From Eledone cirrhosa (taxonomy: Eukaryota), in contig OZ024756.1 of assembly GCA_964016885.1 (NCBI GenBank), positions 30,008,001 through 30,072,000 of the forward strand: DNA of 64,000 nucleotides. The letters are read 5' to 3'. The notes under the pieces were generated by a model, which saw only the letters and a list, made by a program, of their open reading frames with translations, had not been told where the DNA came from and searched no databases. This document shows positions 56,461-64,000 of the stretch, piece by piece (position 1 is the stretch's first letter; the number at the start of each line of letters is the position of its first letter). The position numbers and the translations under genes are program-made.

Positions 56461-57019
56461 TGAGACTATTACATCCGTTTCACCATACACGTATGCTGAT
56501 ATGGACGTAAATCTGTGACTCACCCACCTCTACACCATATGGCTATTTCTAGCGACCTACTAGTGTTAGCCATTACATTGCTCACAAATTACATTCCAGC
56601 GCTTTAAACAAGGAAGCGTAATTTAGATAATCTAGTTCTATATATTCTCTTAAAAAAGACAGGGATGGTCACAAATGGAATTTATTTCGTCATATGTCTG
56701 CTCAGCTACGACTGACCTGTGGCTAATCAACATTGAGAACCCCCCCCCCCCCCCCCACATGCTCGATCACCACCACCGTCATCATTACTACCACCACAAC
56801 AACAACCAACACCACCACCATCACCAGCACCACCACCAGCACCACCACCAATACTACAACCACCAATACCACTGCCAACACCAATACCACAACCACCACC
56901 ACCACCACTACCACAGCCAACACTAATTATAAGCTGTAATAAAAGACGATATAAATCATGTGTTTAATTACTAACTGATCGAAATTCTGACTGAGACAAG
57001 ATGGAGAGACCAAAGAGAG

Positions 57020-57066
57020 TTGTGTGTCTGTCCTTGTGTGTGTATGTCTGTGTGTGTGTGTGTGTT

Positions 57067-57112
<46 letters not shown>

Positions 57113-57750
57113 TGTGTCTGTTCTTGTGAATGTTTGAGTGTGTGTGTATGTGTGTGTGTATCTATGTGTGTGTTAGTGTGTCTGCTCTTGTGTGTGTTTG
57201 TGTATGTGTGCGTGTGTGTGTGTTTGCATGTTTGTGTGTGTGTATTTTTATGCGTGTGTTAGAGTGTGTGTTCGTGTGTGTGTGTTTGGGTATTTATGTG
57301 TGTGTTTGTGTGTTTGTGTTTGTGTATGTGTGTATTTATGTGTGCGTTAGAGTGTGTGTTGTGTGTGTGTTTGGGTATTTATGTGTGTGTTAGAGTGTGT
57401 GTTTGTATGTATGTGTTTGGGTATTTATGTGTGTGTGTTTGCATGTGTGTGTGTTTGTGTGTGTGTGTTTGCGTGTGTGTGTGTGTTTCTTTGTGTGTGT
57501 TTGGGTATTTATATATGTGTTAGAGTGTGTGTCTGTGTGTGTGTGAATGTTGGTGTATGTGAGTTATATGTGCCTAGGTGTACGTGTGCGAAGTGTATTT
57601 ATATATGTGTCTGTTGTTGTGTGCGTACGTAGGTTGTGTGTGCTGGTACGAGTGTGTAGTTATGTATATATTGTTACATGCCTGTGTGTGTTTATATTCT
57701 TGTGATGTAGTGTCTGTTACGCCATGTATATGTGTATGTATGTATCTATA
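57020..57750. repeat. Degenerate (TG)n array
   Basis: Directly visible. Confidence 0.9.
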
Positions 57751-59265
57751 TTCTCCATTAGTTGACTGCTTTCCTAGTTTACGTAGTTAATTCCTGTCTC
57801 GATTGACTGCTATTTCTAGCATATCATGCAACACTTACAAGCGAGCCGCTCTTGTTTAGCCTATGGCCCTGGATATAAAATTCTTTATAGGCTTTCCGTG
57901 GTGGCCTAGAAGAGATCAGGAGCAACTGATGTAATCATTTATTGATTATATAACATACAATAGAATATGTCTTGATGTAAGTCTTTTTTATTCTGTTTAT
58001 ATTCAATAATCTTCTGGTATTTTTATTTGTGTGTTTCATGTCATTGATGTTTTATATATCAAAATCAAACCTTCTTTTCTACCTTTTGTTCAGAGATTTT
58101 TAGTCATTTTAGCTTTCATATTGGTTCACTTCCGTTCTGTCTCATCTTGCAGTATTTTAGTATATTTTTCATATCCGCTTATGATATAATTCCTTTTCTT
58201 CTTCTTTTATTCTTTTAATCTTTTCTATATTGTTTTATTATATTTTATTATATATTTTTTCTTATTAGTTTTTATTTTGTTTTCTTTTTATCGTAACTTT
58301 TCTGTTTTTATTTCAACGTAATTAACTTCAATTTCGTCATTTATTGCTTTCCTATACAAACAGTCATGGGTTTATTTTCTTTCATGTATTCTTATAATAT
58401 TACTTTTTCTTGCTGTTTACGGTTTAGTCAGTGAAGGAAGGGTAGTACACGTGACCTACTGTCATGGCGTCCGACGTTGCTAGAAGAGAAGAGAAGAGAA
58501 AAGTAGAGGAAAGGAAAGTATCTTTAAATTGAAAACCTTCTTCGAATGCTTACAAAAGAATTGACACCGATAAAGACACCAACGATAACTACACATACGC
58601 GCACACACATGCACACACACACACAGAGACACGCACATACACACACGCACACACGCGCACGCACACACGCACACACACACACACACATATATATATATTT
58701 ATATATACATATATACATGTGTATATATACACACACACACACATACTCAAACTTAATTACACACACATGCCTAACTACACACGCTAATACATATAACTAC
58801 ACACACACAAAACCAATATACACATACACACACACACCGACACACAAAACAAATATGCACATAGATACACACCAACACACACAATAAATAACACAAATAC
58901 GCACACACATGCAAAGACATATAACTTAACTAGACACACAAAAAAATTTACATACACACTCATGCAAACGAAGATAATACCTAAGCACCTAAAACGTATG
59001 GCGGATCAATACAGTCAAGTAGTCCATAGAAGTGGAACTTTCAATGCCAAAGAAAAACAGAAGATATAGCTGCGAGGAATCTTGTATTAGTTTACAACAA
59101 CTTCGTTACTGAGATATGATTTATTTTTTCCCTCCTCCCACCACCATAGGGAGGAAACATAGTTACCTTCATCGAGATTTGAACCCAGGGCAGATCATAT
59201 ACAGAAACACACGCACGCACAGGCACATACACATACACACACATATATATGTATATGTGTGAGTA

Positions 59266-59385
<120 letters not shown>

Positions 59386-59882
59386 TATATATACTCACAT
59401 TTACATATATGTAAATGTATAGTTGCTATAATCCATAAAACATATAAATTCAAGGAAATATAACAATATAACACAAAAATCACGCAAGATCAACACGAAG
59501 GAGTAAAAAATAATTGGTCTATGTTAAAAACAAAATGGCTGACAAAATGAGTCAGGAAATTATGAAGGATTTTTATGTAATTTTACGTATCACTATTTTA
59601 CTTCTTACGCTATTTCCTTTTTTTTATCTCTACACTCTTTACCTCCATTATTTATTCATTTGATACACTTCTTAAGAAGTGATTCGTTAATTTTGATAAC
59701 TTTATAATATATTTTATATTTTCTTCGTTATTGAGCGATAACTGACTATGTTTTTATTTTAGTTTTTATTATAGTTTTGGTTTTTGTTATAGCTTCTTTT
59801 CTATTTTTATGTTTATCTTTTTTTTTTGTGTTTTGGTTTGTTAATAACAGAAGAAGTGTCTTATTCATTTATTAATCAATTT

Positions 59883-59954
<72 letters not shown>

Positions 59955-61386
59955 CATATATCTATATATCTATATACATATGTGTGTGTGTGTATATATA
60001 TATATATGCGCGTGTGTGTATGAGTATATGTGTATATCTACACACACAAACACACACATACACACACACACACACACACATATATATACCCATACATACA
60101 TTTTTATTTTCCGTTTTAATTCTGTCGTTAGTACACTATTCCCACTCATTCTCTTCTCCACCCTATATATATATATATATTATATATATACACACATACG
60201 AATACATACGTTGCTACATACATACATTCACTCGCACACATACACATGTATATATATTTACACACGCACACACAAACACCACATATAAATATACCTATAT
60301 GCATATACGCTTTCTACATGTATAAACACTAAATAATTTCTCCTGAAAATATAATACTAAATTTACAGACAGTTAACCTTTTTTTAAAAATAATTTTGAA
60401 ATTATTGCTTCGTTCATTAGTTTGTGTTTTAATTTAGTAGTAAATCACATATAAAGTGTTGTTATTTTCTTCTTCATAACTGTTAGAAGATAACACTGTA
60501 TCGACCACGCGAGAGTTGGTAGTATGTTAGACAATTTAACGACTGAATAAAGTTTATATAATAAATATTGAAAGGAAAAAAATAGAGAGATAAAATAGAA
60601 GAATGTGAAAAGAGAAATTAAGCACCGAAAGAAAGGGAAAGTGGGGTTGAATCGACAGACTGTATGCCTCAGCCCGAGTGGCAACCTTCAGCTGCGCCCT
60701 GCAGATAAAATATTGAAGGAATTGCCAGGGACAATGGCCAGCGACATACGCTACAGCAACCACCCTACCTCATAGAGCTCCTTCATCAGGCAAGCTGCAG
60801 TTTTCACCGATTTTGCAGCGGAATACAGTATTTTGTAGACCGATGTTAATGTTTCGTGTTTTGATGGCCTTTCTCAGTAATTTCTATATCAGTATATTTG
60901 TTACAATTTATTACAACAACGATGAGTAGTCAGTTGTTCAATCAACCGAACGCCTGACTCTCGAATTAACGCGAATGTGGTTGAGTATTATTCCACAGAC
61001 ACGTGTACTATTAACGTAACTCTCAGGGAGATCCCGCGTGGCATAGTGTGTGACAACACAGGCCCCTTCCAATCAGGTCCCATTCAATATCACTCACAAG
61101 GTAACGACACTAGCCGAAGATGTCAATCACTGAGATCGAACACTGGAGCTAATGCAAAGCGAATCTCTTAACCAATCAGCGAAGCTCCATTCACAGTTGG
61201 ACAAATAATCGATTACTGATTGAACTATTGATAACGCCTCTCAGTAACTTTTATCAGAACTACAGTGAGTTCGTATCTTGATGGATTTTTGATCTTTTAT
61301 GAAGGAAAATGACCCTCAGTTCATATATATGAATTCTGTGATATATATATCACATATATATATGTACACATACATACATATATCTA

Positions 61387-61435
<49 letters not shown>

Positions 61436-61585
61436 ATATATATATATATACAAACATACATGCAATATATTTCTAAAATATATACATATATAGCCTTGGT
61501 CCAATGACTGAAACCGGTAAAAAATAGAATAAAAAGACACACTCATATATACATGCATACACACACACAAATACCCCCCCCCCAC

Positions 61586-61618
<33 letters not shown>

Positions 61619-62143
61619 CACATATGTATATATAAACATAGACAAACATACACAGAAAGGAAGAGAAAATAGCTACATGATGATATCTAAAAAGAATAAC
61701 ATTAAATCTGTGTGTAAATAAAGATGTCTTTTCTCGTAAAGGAATCTGCAATGTGAAGAAGGTCAGGGGTGAGAGGGCACGGGGTGACCTTTCTCTGATC
61801 TTTGAAATAAATGCCACACCAAATAGTTTCCAAAGAATGAGTTATAAGGCAATATCCGAATATGACACTTTGAAATTGGCTGACTCATATATTGAAAATT
61901 GTCGAAATGTATATATATATTTATATATATATATATTGTACCTAGTATATATATATATATTGTATCTAGTAAATATATATATATATATATAAATTATATA
62001 TATATATTGTGTAAATGTATGTATATATTGTATATATATATGTATATATATATATGTTGTTTATATATATGTATATATATATTGTTTATATATATATGTA
62101 TATATATATTGTACGTATATATATATATATATATATGTATATA

Positions 62144-62221
<78 letters not shown>

Positions 62222-62738
62222 ATGTATGTGTGTGTGTATATAATATATATATACTTATACAAAATGTGTTTTTATAGTCTGTTGTGTGTATTTTTAAAAT
62301 ATAAATTTTGGTTTCTGGAAGAAAAAATAAGAATAATTATAGAATTCTATCATAATATTTTCTGCAACGTGATATAGTTTTTAAAATTATATACTTATGC
62401 ATATATATTCCTGTATATATACAGACATGCCAGCATACATAACAAACATACAAACACACAAGCCTTCATACATACATGTATATATACGTACGCCCATGCA
62501 TACGTACGGACGTACCTATATAATATCTACATACATGCATGCGTACGTTTATCCTTTCGATCATACGTACGTACGTACATACATGTATATACAGTACGTA
62601 TATACATATATATATACTACAGTTGCCACGTGTGTCCAAGAGGGTGCAAGTCTTTGGCTGGTTTAAAGAGCCACATTCGTGCCTCACATTTTTGAACATG
62701 AAAATTTTATCAGGCGATGGCAATGTTCGAACACGAGT

Positions 62739-63749
62739 TTACAGCCATCATATACATACATATATGCGTACATGCCTACATAAGTACATATATAAAACAT
62801 ACATACATCGACAGTCGATCGACTTTCGTCATATATATTACATATATATTACAGCCATCATATATATGCGTACATGCCTACATAAGTACATATATAAAAC
62901 ATACATACATCGACAGTCGATCGACTTTCGTCATATATATTACATATATATTACAGCCATCATATATATGCGTACATGCCTACATAAGTACATATATAAA
63001 ACATACATACATCGACAGTCGATCGACTTTCGTCATATATATTACATATATATTACAGCCATCATATATATGCGTACATGCCTACATAAGTACATATATA
63101 AAACATACATACATCGACAGTCGATCGACTTTCGTCATATATATTACATATATATTACAGCCATCATATATATGCGTACATGCCTACATAAGTACATATA
63201 TAAAACATACATACATCGACAGTCGATCGACTTTCGTCATATATATTACATATATATTACAGCCATCATATATATGCGTACATGCCTACATAAGTACATA
63301 TATAAAACATACATACATCGACAGTCGATCGACTTTCGTCATATATATTACATATATATTACAGCCATCATATATATGCGTACATGCCTACATAAGTACA
63401 TATATAAAACATACATACATCGACAGTCGATCGACTTTCGTCATATATATTACATATATATTACAGCCATCATATATATGCGTACATGCCTACATAAGTA
63501 CATATATAAAACATACATACATCGACAGTCGATCGACTTTCGTCATATATATTACATATATATTACAGCCATCATATATATGCGTACATGCCTACATAAG
63601 TACATATATAAAACATACATACATCGACAGTCGATCGACTTTCGTCATATATATTACATATATATTACAGCCATCATATATATGCGTACATGCCTACATA
63701 AGTACATATATAAAACATACATACATCGACAGTCGATCGACTTTCGTCA
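62739..63749. repeat. 102-bp tandem repeat, about 10 essentially identical copies
   Basis: cgacagtcgatcgactttcgtca every 102 bp from 62809 to 63727. Confidence 0.95.
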
Positions 63750-63880
63750 AATCGGACCGAGGAAACAATGTTTTCGTTGGTCTTTCCAATTGTTAATACT
63801 ATCTTTCGGTCGCAACTCCAGGTAGAAGGAACAACGTGAAATAAAGTGTCTTGCTCAAGGACATAACGCATCGCCTGGCC
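63727..63880 (-). mobile_element. Second tRNA-SINE family (3' two-thirds)
   Basis: Reverse-complement match to 52245-52393. Confidence 0.85.
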
Positions 63881-64000
63881 TAGGAATCCCGGGGAGCCAA
63901 TCCCACCCTCTGAGCCACAGTAGCTATAACCTGAAAAGAAGAAAAGATTAACACATTGGTAACTACTGAGTCGGTCGCAGGTTTTATGTACATACATATA

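Noticed and set aside
58440-58530. E-box plus Kozak-like ATGGCG as a gene start
   Set aside because: catggcgtccgac also occurs in the minus strand of the common SINE, and the ORF stops after 22 codons.
61495-61540. GGTC-caat-GACT GAAA CCGG TA as a half hammerhead
   Set aside because: There is no CTGANGA. It resembles the repeat tail at 42520-42555 and a recalled SINE 3' end.
62539-63825. 428-aa repeat protein
   Set aside because: It is a by-product of a 102-bp tandem unit containing SINE sequence.

Overview
This is eukaryotic, microsatellite-saturated non-coding DNA. The SINE and MITE content resembles octopod cephalopods, an assignment made from recalled repeat consensus sequences and not from a search. 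I found no credible host protein-coding gene, and nearly all listed ORFs are translations of simple repeats. Recognisable content: (TA)n, (CA)n and trinucleotide arrays; many minisatellites; several tRNA-derived SINE families; three RTE-type LINE 3' fragments; hAT-, mariner- and piggyBac-like MITEs; and remnants of Penelope-like elements (PLEs). The main signal is a set of about 8 near-canonical and several decayed type I hammerhead ribozyme (HHR) motifs from several unrelated families. Most lie in short units embedded in (TA)n tracts, and several are followed by AATAAA. Many of these units are fold-back palindromes that turn at or near the ribozyme, with the short arm ending at an internal TA that joins the (TA)n tract. 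One fold-back carries an in-frame PLE reverse-transcriptase fragment in its loop. A second theme is tandem amplification of SINE and MITE ends into new minisatellites.
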